From Acidimicrobiales bacterium (GTDB lineage Bacteria > Actinomycetota > Acidimicrobiia > Acidimicrobiales > GCA-2861595), in NCBI GenBank assembly GCA_030448025.1, contig JAUJNQ010000001.1, positions 544,432 to 608,431 of the forward strand: a stretch of 64,000 bases of DNA. Direction: 5' to 3'. A program made the translations under genes and the position numbers. The notes under the pieces are model-generated. The model worked only from the letters and a program-made list of their open reading frames with translations. It ran no database searches and was not told the origin of the DNA. Below are positions 28,788 through 38,536 of the stretch, in pieces. The number at the start of each line of letters is the position of its first letter. The first letter of the stretch is position 1.

Positions 28788-29891
28788 TTAGGAGCCCGCG
28801 GCCAGAACGCCACTGGGGCCCCCGGGAGTCGGGCCCGCAGGGATCAAGCGGAGCGATCCGGGCTCGTAGCCGCCGTCGATCCGGCGGGCCACCACGCCGG
28901 CCAGGCCTTGGGTCCTGACTGCCTCCAGCAGGGCCGAGCCGTCACCGGGGTGATCGGGCACCGTCTGCCACGCCGGACCGGCCAGCTGGAGCTGGTCGAG
29001 CAACGTTCGCCTCTCCCGGTGGGGGAGGGCAGCGGTGCCATGGCCCTCCAGCCACACCACGTCGGCGGCGAAGAAGGTCACGGGGGAGTGCTCGGCGAGC
29101 CGCCGCAGGGCGGCGTCGCTGCGAGCCTCCGCCCGCCGGGCCAGCGAGCCGCCATCGGGTTGTCCGTCGGGGCCCAGCGCCACCACCTCGCCCTCCAGGA
29201 CCACGGCCACCGCCCCCAGCGCCCGTCCGAGCAGGCGCAGCTCGGGATAGTGGGAGGTCACCTCTCCGCCCGCGTCGAGCACCCGGAGGCGTCCCCTCGG
29301 AGGCCACGAGCACGCGCTGCGTTCCGAGGGCGGCCTCGAACGACCACGCCTCCTCGTCGGCCGGGAGGTGGTCGACGGGGAGCTCTCGAGGGACACAGGT
29401 CGGTGGGCATGGGCTCTCGGCCCGGGTCCTCGGGGGGTCCATGCGGTGCATCATCCAGTTCTTGCCGCCGGTGCGGAACAGCACGTAGCGCCCCCGTGCC
29501 CGCTGACCGTGGATGGTGACCATCACCTCTCGTTCGTCCCACTTGTGGCAGTCATAGGTGCCGCGGTCCCACAGCACGACCTTGCCGCCGCCGTACTCGC
29601 CCTCGGGGATGTGGCCCTCGAAGTCGATGTAGGAGAGAGGGTGGTCCTCTGTGTGCACAGCGAGGTGGTTGGACGTGGGTCGGGCGGGATGCCCTTGGGC
29701 ACGGCCCAGGAGACCAGCACGCCGTCACGCTCGAGGCGGAAGTCCCAGTGGAGCGCGGTGGCGTGGTGCTCCTGGACCACGAAGCGGGCGCCCGGCTCTG
29801 CAGCGTCCTCGCGGCCGGCGGGCTCGGGCGTGCGCTCGAAGTCCCGCATCGAGCGGTACTGGTCAAGGGGGTTCCCGCCCGGTTCGCCCAT
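28788..29891 (-). pseudogene. LigD-like protein: 3'-phosphoesterase domain plus degenerate ATP-ligase domain, two frameshifts
   Basis: The PE domain reads RFVVQEHHATALHWDFRLERDGVLVSWAVPKGIPPDP | NHLAVHTEDHPLSYIDFEG...GGGKVVLWDRGTY. The ligase-like part reads WSFEAALGTQRVLV...HYPEL...VVLEGEVV. Frame breaks occur near 29671-29675 and 29283-29286. Confidence 0.7.
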
Positions 29892-29917
29892 CAGTGCTGC
29901 ACCAGCCGGGGTTTACC

Positions 29918-30806
29918 ATGGTGTCGGCCATGGACGTGCTCGTGGGGACGGCGGCAGGTGTGATCGACGCCGGGTCCGGTCGGGCGGTGGCCCTCGAAGG
30001 CCATGACGTGGGCGCCATGGCCGGCGGGTGGGCCGTGGTCGACGGGCAGCGCCTCGTGTCCCTCGATGGCCCGGCTCTCGACGGCCGGGGGATCGACGGC
30101 GCCCGGATCACGTGCGTCGACACCGACCCGGGAGACGAGCCGATCGTGGGCACGACCGAGGCCCATCTCTACCTGATGGGAGTCGAGCCCCGTCTGGTGG
30201 AGGCATTCGACCGGGCGGAGACCCGGAGCAGGTGGTACACGCCTTGGGGCGGTCCGGCTGACGTCCGCTCGGTGTGTACCGCACCAACCGGCGCCATCTT
30301 GGTGAACGTCCACGTGGGCGGCATCCTCCGCTCCGACGACGACGGCGCCAACTGGCGGGCCACCATCGACATGGACCATGACGTCCACCAGGTGCTGGCT
30401 CTGGACGGCAACTTGGCGGTGGCGGCCTGCGCCCACGGGTGCGCCACCAGCCATGACGGCGGCGTAACCTGGGACGTGGACGACGAAGGCCTCCATGCCA
30501 CCTACAGCCGGGCCGTGGCGGTGGCAGGGGAGACCGTGTTGGTCAGCGTCTCCAGCGGATTCCAGGGAAGGGATGCGGCGGTGTACCGGCGCCCGCTGCA
30601 AGCGGGGGCCCTTCGAACGCTGCCGGACCGGCCTTCCGGATCGGTTCGACGGGAACGTGGACACCTACTGGCTGGCCGGCGCCCCCGACGGGAGCGCCGC
30701 TCTGGCCACCCGGAGCGGCGACGTCTACGTGTCGATCGACGAGGGCAGGACCTGGGAGCAGGCGGCCTCGGCCCTGCCCTCGGTGCGCTGCGTCTTGGTG
30801 ACCTGA
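29918..30806 (+). pseudogene. BNR/Asp-box repeat (sialidase-like beta-propeller) protein, one frameshift
   Basis: Asp-box motifs are SDDDGANW, SHDGGVTW and SIDEGRTW. The frame changes at a G5 run (30604-30608). This could be a sequencing error. Confidence 0.6.
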
Positions 30807-30819
30807 GCCGGCTGAGCCA

Positions 30820-31248
30820 ATGGGCGAGGAACGCTGGCGGCGCTCGCTGCGCAATGGCAATGGGGTCGCCGTCGGCCTGCTGGCACCCTTCTTCGTGATG
30901 TGGGCCTTCGGATCCTCCCTGCCCCTGCCGCTTCGGATCGCAGCAGGCGTGTGTGCCCTGGTGAGCGTGGCCACTGCGGTCGACGCATGGGGTGCCGGGG
31001 TGGTCGTTGGCTCCGAAGGCGTCCTCGTGCGGCGGGCGTTGCAACGCCGTCGACTGGCCTGGAACGACCTCGAAGGCTTCGCCGGTGAGCGCCGTGGCTA
31101 CCGCGGCGACCGCATCGTCATCCGTGCCGTGCGACGCCAAGGCCGCCCCATGCCCATCACCGACCAACCACTTGGCCAAGCGCAGGCAGAGGAGCTGCTT
31201 CAGGACCTGGGCAAGGAGCTCGAGTCACACCGGCCCCGCCCTTCGTGA
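30820..31248 (+). CDS. Membrane-anchored bacterial PH-domain (bPH) protein
   Basis: Two N-terminal hydrophobic helices are followed by GVLVRRALQRRRLAWNDLEGF...IVIRAV, a pattern seen in small actinobacterial PH-domain proteins. Confidence 0.5.
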   Translation: MGEERWRRSLRNGNGVAVGLLAPFFVMWAFGSSLPLPLRIAAGVCALVSVATAVDAWGAGVVVGSEGVLVRRALQRRRLAWNDLEGFAGERRGYRGDRIVIRAVRRQGRPMPITDQPLGQAQAEELLQDLGKELESHRPRPS

Positions 31249-31264
31249 GGGTTAGCGTCCAGGC

Positions 31265-31471
31265 GTGACTCGTGTTCCCATCGCCTGCACCTTGACCGCT
31301 GATGAGGCCGGCGACCGCATAGGAGAGTGGCGGGAGTTCCTGGCCCGAAGTGTCGAGGAGCGCCAAATCGAGGGGACGGTGGCTCGCCTTCGGCTCGGCT
31401 GGCTGCGGATGGAAGTGCCCGTCGACGCCATCGCGATCCTGGAGGACCTGGCGGCGCTGGGGACTGAGTGA
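31265..31471 (+). CDS. Hypothetical small protein (possibly 3'-truncated)
   Basis: 68 aa with a GTG start. N-terminus PIACTLTADEAGDRIGEWREFLA. No family was assigned with certainty. Confidence 0.35.
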   Translation: MTRVPIACTLTADEAGDRIGEWREFLARSVEERQIEGTVARLRLGWLRMEVPVDAIAILEDLAALGTE

Positions 31472-31498
31472 ACTTGGGCGCCAGAGAGCTTTGCGAAG

Positions 31499-31903
<405 letters not shown>

Positions 31904-31967
31904 CTATCTTCCCACTGGTATCCGGGCAACGAGGCACGCTCACGGGCTTACAGTTGCGGCCCGCGCC

Positions 31968-34019
31968 ATGTCGACACGAACGCAGCAAGAGCACGGGACG
32001 GCCTCGGTCGACCAGGACGGCCTACCGGTGGCGAGGCAGCACGCCCAGGGCCTCGGCGCCGTCGTCCGCCGCATCAGCCGCAACCCGGCAGTCATGGTGG
32101 CGCTGCTTGCCGTGGCCGCTGCCATGTGGGCCGTCGTGGCCTCCCGTCAGGTCTTCCCCTATCTCTCCGACGACCACGACGAAGCCATCTACCTCCTCCA
32201 GGCCGATGCCCTGGCTCATGGGCACCTGTTCCCACCGGCCCCGAAGCACCCCGAGTCCTTCCGTCCCTGGCTCAGCGTCATCTCGGGTGACAAGTACCTC
32301 CTCAAGTACTCGCCAGTGCACGCGTCCTTCATCGTCTTGGGGATCCTCGCCGGCAGTCCCCGACTCGCCCTCGGCCTCATAGCCGGAGCGGCTGTGGTCC
32401 TGGCCTACCTGCTGGCCAAGGAAGTGCTCGGCGACCGGAAACGGGCCGCCCTGGCCAGCGCCTTCTTCGCCTTGTCCCCCTTGTTCTTGATCCAGAGCGT
32501 CACCTTCCTGCCTTATTCCTCGAGCCTGCTCCTGCTCATGGCCTTCGCCGTTGCCCTCCTCCGGGGCATGCGTTCGAGCGGCCGCTTGTGGCTGTGGACG
32601 GGCGGCTTCCTCCTCGGCGTGGCCGTGTTCGCCCGTCCCTTCGACGCCGTCCTCTTCGCCGCACCCCTGGGCCTGTACTTCGTGATCTCGTCCTGGGCCG
32701 ATCGCAGGAAGCTCTTCGGCCAAGCGGTCTGGTTGGCGCTCGGTGCCACCCTGCCGATCGTCGCCATGCTGGCTTACTACTGGGCGGCCACCGGGAGCCC
32801 CTTCCGATCGCCGTTCTCAGTCCTCGAGCCCCGGGACACGCTTGGCTTCGGAAACAGGAAGATCACCCCGTTCCACCCCGATCTGATCTTCACCCCTGCG
32901 CACGGGCTGTACGGCGTCATCCGCCACGTCGTCCTCACCAGCTTCTGGTGCTTCGGCGGGCTCCTGATCATCGGCTTCCTCCTGGCCGGCCTCCGTGGAC
33001 GGCAGAGGGGCGGCCCTGCGCCCTGGCTGGCCTTGGTGGCCGTGACCGTTCCCTTCGGCTACCTCTTCTTCTGGGGCACCTTCGGCACAGGCCTGCGCGG
33101 CGGCCTCACCGCCTTCCTCGGGCCCTTCTACTTCCTCCCGCTCCTGGTGCCCGTCACCTTCCTGGCCGCCAGGGGGTTCGCCAACTTCTGGCAGCGCGAC
33201 CGGCTCCTCGGGGTCCTGGCCGTCGTGAGCATGCTCACCGCAAGCGGGTTCCTCCTAGCCAAGGCAGTGCAGGCCAACCTGCGCGCCACGAAGGAGGACC
33301 GCATCCTGTACTCCACCCTGGCGCCGATCAAGGACGAGCGGGCCATCGTCTTCCTGCAGCCGCTGTACGGACCGACCCTCCTGCATCCCTTCACGGGGCT
33401 GCGGAACTCCCATGACTACGACGGCCCGACCGTCTACGCCCTCGACCTCGGTGAGCACCAGGACCTCGACGTCATCGACGACTACCCGGGCAGGGTGGCC
33501 TACCGGTTCCGCCTGGAAGGGGGGGACTACCGGGACAACCCCCCCGACCCCGCCCTCTACAGCTCCTTGCAGCCCCTCCGCGTCGTGGAGCAGCCCAGGT
33601 TGCGGACCACGTTGTCCCTGCAGAACCCGACCGCCGATCCTGTGGTCGTGGTGAGCGTGGTGATGGACGGACGGCGGGACACCTTCGTCGTCGACGATCA
33701 GTCCTACGCCGGCAAGCCCTACCGTGCCAGCATCGGCATCGGGCGCGACTCCGTCGACCTGAGTGGACCGGTGGTGTCACACGTCGTCGAGCCGGTTGAA
33801 CAGGAGGGCCTCGTCATCTCCGTGTCGGTCGCACCGAAAGGAATCAGCGAGGCCCCCCGCACTGTGTACCAGCGTGAGTTCGGGTGGAACGCCGACGGGC
33901 CGCTGTTCCGGGTGCTCCTGCCCGGTTACCTGGCGGCCAACCAGCTCGGCCCCGAGGACCCGCTGGCCGAACTGGTGAGCACCGGGGGCGAGCAAGGCGA
34001 TCCACCTCGAACCCCTTGA
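31968..34019 (+). CDS. GT-C fold membrane glycosyltransferase (GT39/ArnT-like)
   Basis: About 683 aa from ATG 31968. The first loop has DDHDEAIYLLQADALAHG (a DE/DxD-type motif). At least 10 hydrophobic helices are followed by a soluble C-terminal domain. Confidence 0.65.
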   Translation: MSTRTQQEHGTASVDQDGLPVARQHAQGLGAVVRRISRNPAVMVALLAVAAAMWAVVASRQVFPYLSDDHDEAIYLLQADALAHGHLFPPAPKHPESFRPWLSVISGDKYLLKYSPVHASFIVLGILAGSPRLALGLIAGAAVVLAYLLAKEVLGDRKRAALASAFFALSPLFLIQSVTFLPYSSSLLLLMAFAVALLRGMRSSGRLWLWTGGFLLGVAVFARPFDAVLFAAPLGLYFVISSWADRRKLFGQAVWLALGATLPIVAMLAYYWAATGSPFRSPFSVLEPRDTLGFGNRKITPFHPDLIFTPAHGLYGVIRHVVLTSFWCFGGLLIIGFLLAGLRGRQRGGPAPWLALVAVTVPFGYLFFWGTFGTGLRGGLTAFLGPFYFLPLLVPVTFLAARGFANFWQRDRLLGVLAVVSMLTASGFLLAKAVQANLRATKEDRILYSTLAPIKDERAIVFLQPLYGPTLLHPFTGLRNSHDYDGPTVYALDLGEHQDLDVIDDYPGRVAYRFRLEGGDYRDNPPDPALYSSLQPLRVVEQPRLRTTLSLQNPTADPVVVVSVVMDGRRDTFVVDDQSYAGKPYRASIGIGRDSVDLSGPVVSHVVEPVEQEGLVISVSVAPKGISEAPRTVYQREFGWNADGPLFRVLLPGYLAANQLGPEDPLAELVSTGGEQGDPPRTP

Positions 34020-34047
34020 GGGGGAGGCCGTTGGTGCTCACCCGCTC

Positions 34048-35196
34048 TCACCCAGCGAGGACACAGGCCCCGGCGAGGGTGGAGATGTCGATGCCCCGCC
34101 GGCCCTGGCGGATCACGTTGGCGTCCACGCCGTTGGTGGCGAAGCCCAGCGAAAGGCCGGTCTCGGGGTCGGCCCAGCCGATCTGACCTGCCGCGCCACC
34201 GTGGCCGAAGGCCCTCGAGGACGTGGCGGTGCCGAAGCCGCGGATGAAGCCGAGCCCGTCGTCGCCGGCCAACGTGAGCCCGAGGGTCCGGTTGGCGGGC
34301 GACCCGAACAGGGGGTCGCTGAAGCGGTTGCGGATCGTGCCGGTGGCGTCGGCGAGGATCTCCGGGCGCCAGATGCGACCCTGGTCGTGGAGGAGTGCCT
34401 GGTAGAAGAGGGCCAGTTCGTCGGCCCCCATGATGCCCCCTCCTCCCGGGATCCCGAGGGAGCGGACATCGGGCCGGTTCAGATACAAGAGCGCGTCATA
34501 GGCGTCGGTTGCCCTTGGCAGCTCGCGCACACCGAGCACCGCTTCCAGCTCGTCGGCCGTCGCCATCTGGCCCCGGATCTCGATGGTGGCGATGTCCTCC
34601 TGGTCCTCCACGGGGATGCCGAGCACCCGCCGAGGCAGGCCCGCCGGTTCGGTGACGCGGCGGTGCACGACGTCGGAGTAGGCCTCGCCGCCGATCCGCT
34701 CGATGATCTCGGCGAGGACCCAGTGGGCCGAGGTCGGGTGGTACTCGTAGGCGGTTCCCGGCTCCCATTCGAGGGACCACCGACCGAACGTCTCCAGGCG
34801 GCCCTCACGGGTGTCCCACTCAGGGGGCCCCAGCAGTGCGTGGGGAAAGCCGGCGGTGTGCACGAGCAGCTGCTCCACCGTGACCGCCTCCTTCCCCGAG
34901 ACCGCGAACTCCGGTACGTACTCACCAACGGGGAGGGACACGTCGAGCGACCCGTCGCCCATCAGTGCCCATACGGCTCCGGCCACGAACGCCTTGACGC
35001 AGGAGAAGACCACGTAGCGGGTGGTGGCTGTGGCGTCGCCGAAGGTCTCGAAGGCCACCAGCTCCCCGTGGCGGGCGAGGGCGATCTGGCACGAGGGCAG
35101 GACTCCTTCCTCCACCTCCCGCCGGGCTCGAGCCAGCAGGGCATCGACGGCGGCAGGGTCAATGCGGTCCGCCTGCGCCTGGCCCACGCTCGTCAT
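34048..35196 (-). CDS. Serine hydrolase, beta-lactamase/esterase family
   Basis: Contains the SxxK motif FSCVKAF and shows the general class C beta-lactamase-related pattern. ATG 35196 was chosen. Confidence 0.8.
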   Translation of the reverse strand: MTSVGQAQADRIDPAAVDALLARARREVEEGVLPSCQIALARHGELVAFETFGDATATTRYVVFSCVKAFVAGAVWALMGDGSLDVSLPVGEYVPEFAVSGKEAVTVEQLLVHTAGFPHALLGPPEWDTREGRLETFGRWSLEWEPGTAYEYHPTSAHWVLAEIIERIGGEAYSDVVHRRVTEPAGLPRRVLGIPVEDQEDIATIEIRGQMATADELEAVLGVRELPRATDAYDALLYLNRPDVRSLGIPGGGGIMGADELALFYQALLHDQGRIWRPEILADATGTIRNRFSDPLFGSPANRTLGLTLAGDDGLGFIRGFGTATSSRAFGHGGAAGQIGWADPETGLSLGFATNGVDANVIRQGRRGIDISTLAGACVLAG

Positions 35197-35235
35197 CGGC
35201 TCACGGTACCGCTGAGCTCCCCGGGGTGGTGATGC

Positions 35236-35775
35236 ATGGCCCGAAGTGGTGGGAGAGTGTGCTCCATGGTCGAGCTGTCGCGACCCGTTGCCATCGGAGC
35301 TGATGTGGTGGCCTGGACCGGCGTCGCCGTCGGTTCGGGCTATCTCGTGCACCACCTGCCGGGTCGCCTGTTCGAGCGCGACTCGTGGCTGTTCCGCCAG
35401 AGGGGCTGGGAGCGAGATGGTCGCTTCTACGCGGCCACCCTTCGCATCCGGCGCTGGAAGAGGCTGCTACCCGAGGCCGGAGACGCCTTCGAGGGTGGGT
35501 TCAACAAGGCCACGCTGGCTGACCTACACGATGACCACCTGCGTACCCACGTGCGCGAGACTCGCCGGGCCGAGCTGGGCCACTGGCTGATCATCCTGGC
35601 CGGACCGCTCTTCGTGGTGCGCAACCGCTGGTACGACGTGGTGGCCATGCAGATCATCGCCGTCGCGCTCAGCATCCCCTGCATCGCCGCCCTGCGCTAC
35701 AACCGCATCCGCCTCCAGCGGGTGCTGGCGCGGCGCCGATGCCGCCCGTCCGAGCAGATCAGGCGCCCCACCTAG
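35236..35775 (+). CDS. Membrane protein resembling glycosyl-4,4'-diaponeurosporenoate acyltransferase family
   Basis: The segments RIRRWKRLLPEAG..F.GGFNK and ETRRAELGHW resemble that family as I recall it. Assignment is tentative. Confidence 0.45.
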   Translation: MARSGGRVCSMVELSRPVAIGADVVAWTGVAVGSGYLVHHLPGRLFERDSWLFRQRGWERDGRFYAATLRIRRWKRLLPEAGDAFEGGFNKATLADLHDDHLRTHVRETRRAELGHWLIILAGPLFVVRNRWYDVVAMQIIAVALSIPCIAALRYNRIRLQRVLARRRCRPSEQIRRPT

Positions 35776-35782
35776 GCCGTGG

Positions 35783-36319
35783 TCAGCGGTCGCGGAAGAT
35801 GGCGGACCGGTAGTAGCGGAGCTCCTCGATGCTCTCCTTGATGTCGTCGAGGGCCCGGTGGCTGCCACCCTTCTTGGGCGCCTTCGCCAGCGCGTCGGGA
35901 TACCAGCGCCGGCACAGCTCCTTGAGCGTGGACACGTCCACCGAGCGGTAGTGCAGCCACTCCTCGATGCTGGGAAGCTGGGCGGCGAGGAAGCGGCGAT
36001 CGGTGCCGATGGAGTTGCCGCACAGGGGCACGGTTCGGGGCTCGGGCACGTGCTGCTTGATGAAGTCGAGGGTCTGGCTCTCGGCGTCGGCCAGGGTGAC
36101 AGTGGAGGCGCGGATGGCGTCGAGGAGCCCGCTCTTCTCGTGCATCTTGCGCACCACGTCCTCCATGGCGTCGAGGTTCTCGGGTGGGGCCCCGACCACC
36201 ACGTCCGGTCCCTCGGCCACCACCGTCAGTTCGTCGTCGGTGACGAGGGTGGCGACCTCGACGACCACGCACGCCGCGGGATCGAGGCCCGTCATCTCGA
36301 GATCCATCCAGACCAGCAC
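35783..36319 (-). CDS. orn: Oligoribonuclease
   Basis: Contains LVWMDLEMTGLDP, ...LCGNSIGTDRRFL... and HRALDDIKESIEELRYY (DEDDh exonuclease). Only the last 178 codons of the 575-aa ORF are used. Confidence 0.9.
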   Translation of the reverse strand: MLVWMDLEMTGLDPAACVVVEVATLVTDDELTVVAEGPDVVVGAPPENLDAMEDVVRKMHEKSGLLDAIRASTVTLADAESQTLDFIKQHVPEPRTVPLCGNSIGTDRRFLAAQLPSIEEWLHYRSVDVSTLKELCRRWYPDALAKAPKKGGSHRALDDIKESIEELRYYRSAIFRDR

Positions 36320-36343
36320 GAGCCGGATCGTAGGCTGGCGTGA

Positions 36344-36790
36344 ATGGAGCCCGTGTTGGCGGTGCCGGTCGTGCAGCTCGACCCCGAGCTCCCGCTGCCC
36401 GCCTACGGGTGGGAGCACGACGCCGGCGCCGACCTGGTGGCCAGGGAGGACGTCACGCTGGCGCCATCGGGCGGGCGGGGCCTGGTGGGCACCGGCATCG
36501 CCCTGGCCATTCCCGAGGGCTATGCGGGGTTCGTGCAACCTCGGAGCGGCCTGGCCCTGCACCACGGTGTTACGTGCCTCAACACGCCAGGCCTCATCGA
36601 CGCCGGCTACCGCGACGAGCTGCGGGTGCTGTTGGTGAACACCGACCCGAAGCGCCCCTACGAGGTGCACCGGGGCGACCGCATCGCCCAGCTCGTGATC
36701 CAGCGAGTGGAGCGGGCCGCCTTCACCGTCACCTCCGAGCTGCACCCGGGCGGGCGCGGTACGGGCGGCTTCGGCTCCACGGGGACCTGA
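36344..36790 (+). CDS. dut: dUTP diphosphatase
   Basis: Contains [31 protein letters not shown] and GGFGSTG. Confidence 0.95.
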   Translation: MEPVLAVPVVQLDPELPLPAYGWEHDAGADLVAREDVTLAPSGGRGLVGTGIALAIPEGYAGFVQPRSGLALHHGVTCLNTPGLIDAGYRDELRVLLVNTDPKRPYEVHRGDRIAQLVIQRVERAAFTVTSELHPGGRGTGGFGSTGT

Positions 36791-36793
36791 GGC

Positions 36794-37654
36794 GTGCCCG
36801 AGCTGCCGGAGGTGGAGTCGCTGGCCGGGTTCCTGTCCCAGAAGGCGACGGGTCGGACCATCGAGGCCGTGGAGCTGGTCGCCTTCGCCGCGCTGAAGAC
36901 CTTCGACCCGCCGTTGGACGTCCTGGCCGGATGCACCATCATCGGCTGCGGGCGGAGGGGGAAGTTCCTCCTCCTGCACGCCGAGCCGCACTGGCTGGTC
37001 ATTCACCTGGCCCGGGGCGGCTGGGTGAGGTGGAACGACGCCCTTCCACCGGGTCGGGCCAAGCCGGGCAAGGGTCCCCTGGCCCTGCGGGTGCGCCTCG
37101 ACGGGGGAGCAGGCTTCGACTTCATCGAGGCCGGGACCGAGAAGCGCCTGGCAGCCTACGTGGTGGCTACGCCGGACGAGGTGGAGGGCGTCGCCCGTCT
37201 CGGCCCCGACCCTCTCGACCCCGCCTTCGACGCCCCCGCCCTCCGGGCGGCGCTGGCCGGGCAGGGTGGGCAGCTCAAGGCCGCCCTTACGACCCAGACG
37301 GTCGTGGCCGGCGTCGGCAACGCCTACTCCGACGAGGCGCTGCACGTCGCTCGGCTGTCGCCGTTCAAGTCCGCGGCCGGCTTGAGTGAAGAGGAGGCGA
37401 CGCGGCTGCACGCCGCCGTCACCGACGTGTTGTCCGACGCCGTCTCTCGCAGCGCCGGGCTGCCCGCCGCCGGTCTCAAGAAGGAGAAGAAGTCCGGCAT
37501 GCGGGTCCACGGCCGCGCTGGCCAGCCGTGTCCGGTGTGCGGCGACACGGTGCGCGAAGTGTCGTTCGCGACAAAGTCACTCCAGTACTGCGCCACGTGC
37601 CAGACCGGAGGCAAGGTGCTGGCCGACCGCCGCCTGTCGCGGCTGCTCAAGTAG
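36794..37654 (+). CDS. Fpg/Nei-family DNA glycosylase
   Basis: N-terminus (M)PELPEVE and a C-terminal zinc finger CPVCGDTV...YCATCQ. Confidence 0.85.
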   Translation: MPELPEVESLAGFLSQKATGRTIEAVELVAFAALKTFDPPLDVLAGCTIIGCGRRGKFLLLHAEPHWLVIHLARGGWVRWNDALPPGRAKPGKGPLALRVRLDGGAGFDFIEAGTEKRLAAYVVATPDEVEGVARLGPDPLDPAFDAPALRAALAGQGGQLKAALTTQTVVAGVGNAYSDEALHVARLSPFKSAAGLSEEEATRLHAAVTDVLSDAVSRSAGLPAAGLKKEKKSGMRVHGRAGQPCPVCGDTVREVSFATKSLQYCATCQTGGKVLADRRLSRLLK

Positions 37655-37668
37655 GCCGCTCTGGGGAA

Positions 37669-37686
37669 GCGGTTCGGCGGAACCGC
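37669..37686 (+). terminator. Hairpin after the Fpg/Nei gene
   Basis: GCGGTTC-GGCG-GAACCGC followed by CTTGATAGATTGTGTGT. Confidence 0.5.
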
Positions 37687-37706
37687 CTTGATAGATTGTG
37701 TGTGCT

Positions 37707-37760
37707 GCGGACGTGGCTCAGTGGTAGAGCATCACCTTGCCAAGGTGAGGGTCGCGGGTT
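37707..37760 (+). tRNA. tRNA-Gly(GCC) 5' fragment, with the 3' T-arm and acceptor strand missing
   Basis: GCGGACGTGGCTCAGTGGTAGAGCATCACCTTGCCAAGGTGAGGGTCGCGGGTT is canonical up to the T-loop. The following AGTAGCTCTCCACCGGGCGCCA lacks the CCCGC T-stem complement and a perfect CGTCCGC acceptor complement. Confidence 0.75.
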
Positions 37761-37789
37761 AGTAGCTCTCCACCGGGCGCCACACCTCT

Positions 37790-38398
37790 TCATCCGCGTG
37801 TGTTGTCGATGACGACCACCTCGAAGTGGGGATAGTCGATGGCCTCCAGCGACTGGATGGTCTCGATGAGCATGTCCGGAGGCTCGTTGTAGGCCGCCAC
37901 GTGCAAGGAGACGAAGGGGAGGTGGCCGGGATCGGGGACGGCGAGGGCGGTCGAGGCGCGCCCGGCAGGGGACGTCGCGAGAAGGCGGACGACGCCGCCA
38001 GCCAAGGCGGCGGCTTCCAGGAGGAGCACCAAGACCGACGCCATGGTGGCTGGGATCGACAACCCGCCGGTCACAGTCACGTAGCCGGCCAGAGCCAGAT
38101 AGGAGACGGCGGCAGCGAGGAGGGCTGCGAAGAAGGTGACGCCGACCAGGTTCCAGCGGCGGCGCCAGAGGGCGACGGAGACCCCGACCGCCATGAGCAC
38201 CGCTTCTGCGCCCAGCACGTGGTGGGCGGGCGGGAGGAACACCCGAGCCGCCAGCTCGCCCCGGCCACCGGGGCGAGCACGGCCTGGCTATGGACAGCCA
38301 GACGGAGCTGACGCGCGTACACGGTGTCCGATGGCGAGAAGGACAGCGGTCGCCAGCACCAGCGTGGCCAGGCAGGTCAGGACGAGGCTCAGCAGCAT
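37790..38398 (-). pseudogene. GT2-family glycosyltransferase, N-terminal fragment, frameshifted and 3'-truncated
   Basis: Membrane helices are followed by PFVSLHVAAYNEPPDMLIETIQSLEAIDYPHFEVVVIDN, then an immediate stop next to the tRNA fragment. The upstream part (MLLSLVLTCLATLVLA... from ATG 38398) is in two other frames. Confidence 0.6.
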
Positions 38399-38536
38399 GG
38401 ATTCGCCGGGGCGCTCCAGTGGCGGTTCAAGGCTGGAGCTTCGTAACGCATTGCGGGTGGAACTGGGTAGGGCCGGTCGGCGGCCGCTGCTTGGCGTCTC
38501 GACCGGTGCCCAGATCCAAGGCCCACGACCCGTTGA

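Noticed and set aside
36320-37510. Upstream 400 codons of the 575-aa ORF 35783..37510
   Set aside because: Only the last 178 codons match oligoribonuclease. The rest is antisense to dut and the Fpg/Nei gene.
37761-37800. CATCCGC at about 37791 as the missing acceptor 3' strand of tRNA-Gly (a tRNA with an insertion)
   Set aside because: It has one mismatch to the required CGTCCGC, and no T-stem complement lies between. The segment is the stop region of the GT2 remnant, so this is most likely coincidence.
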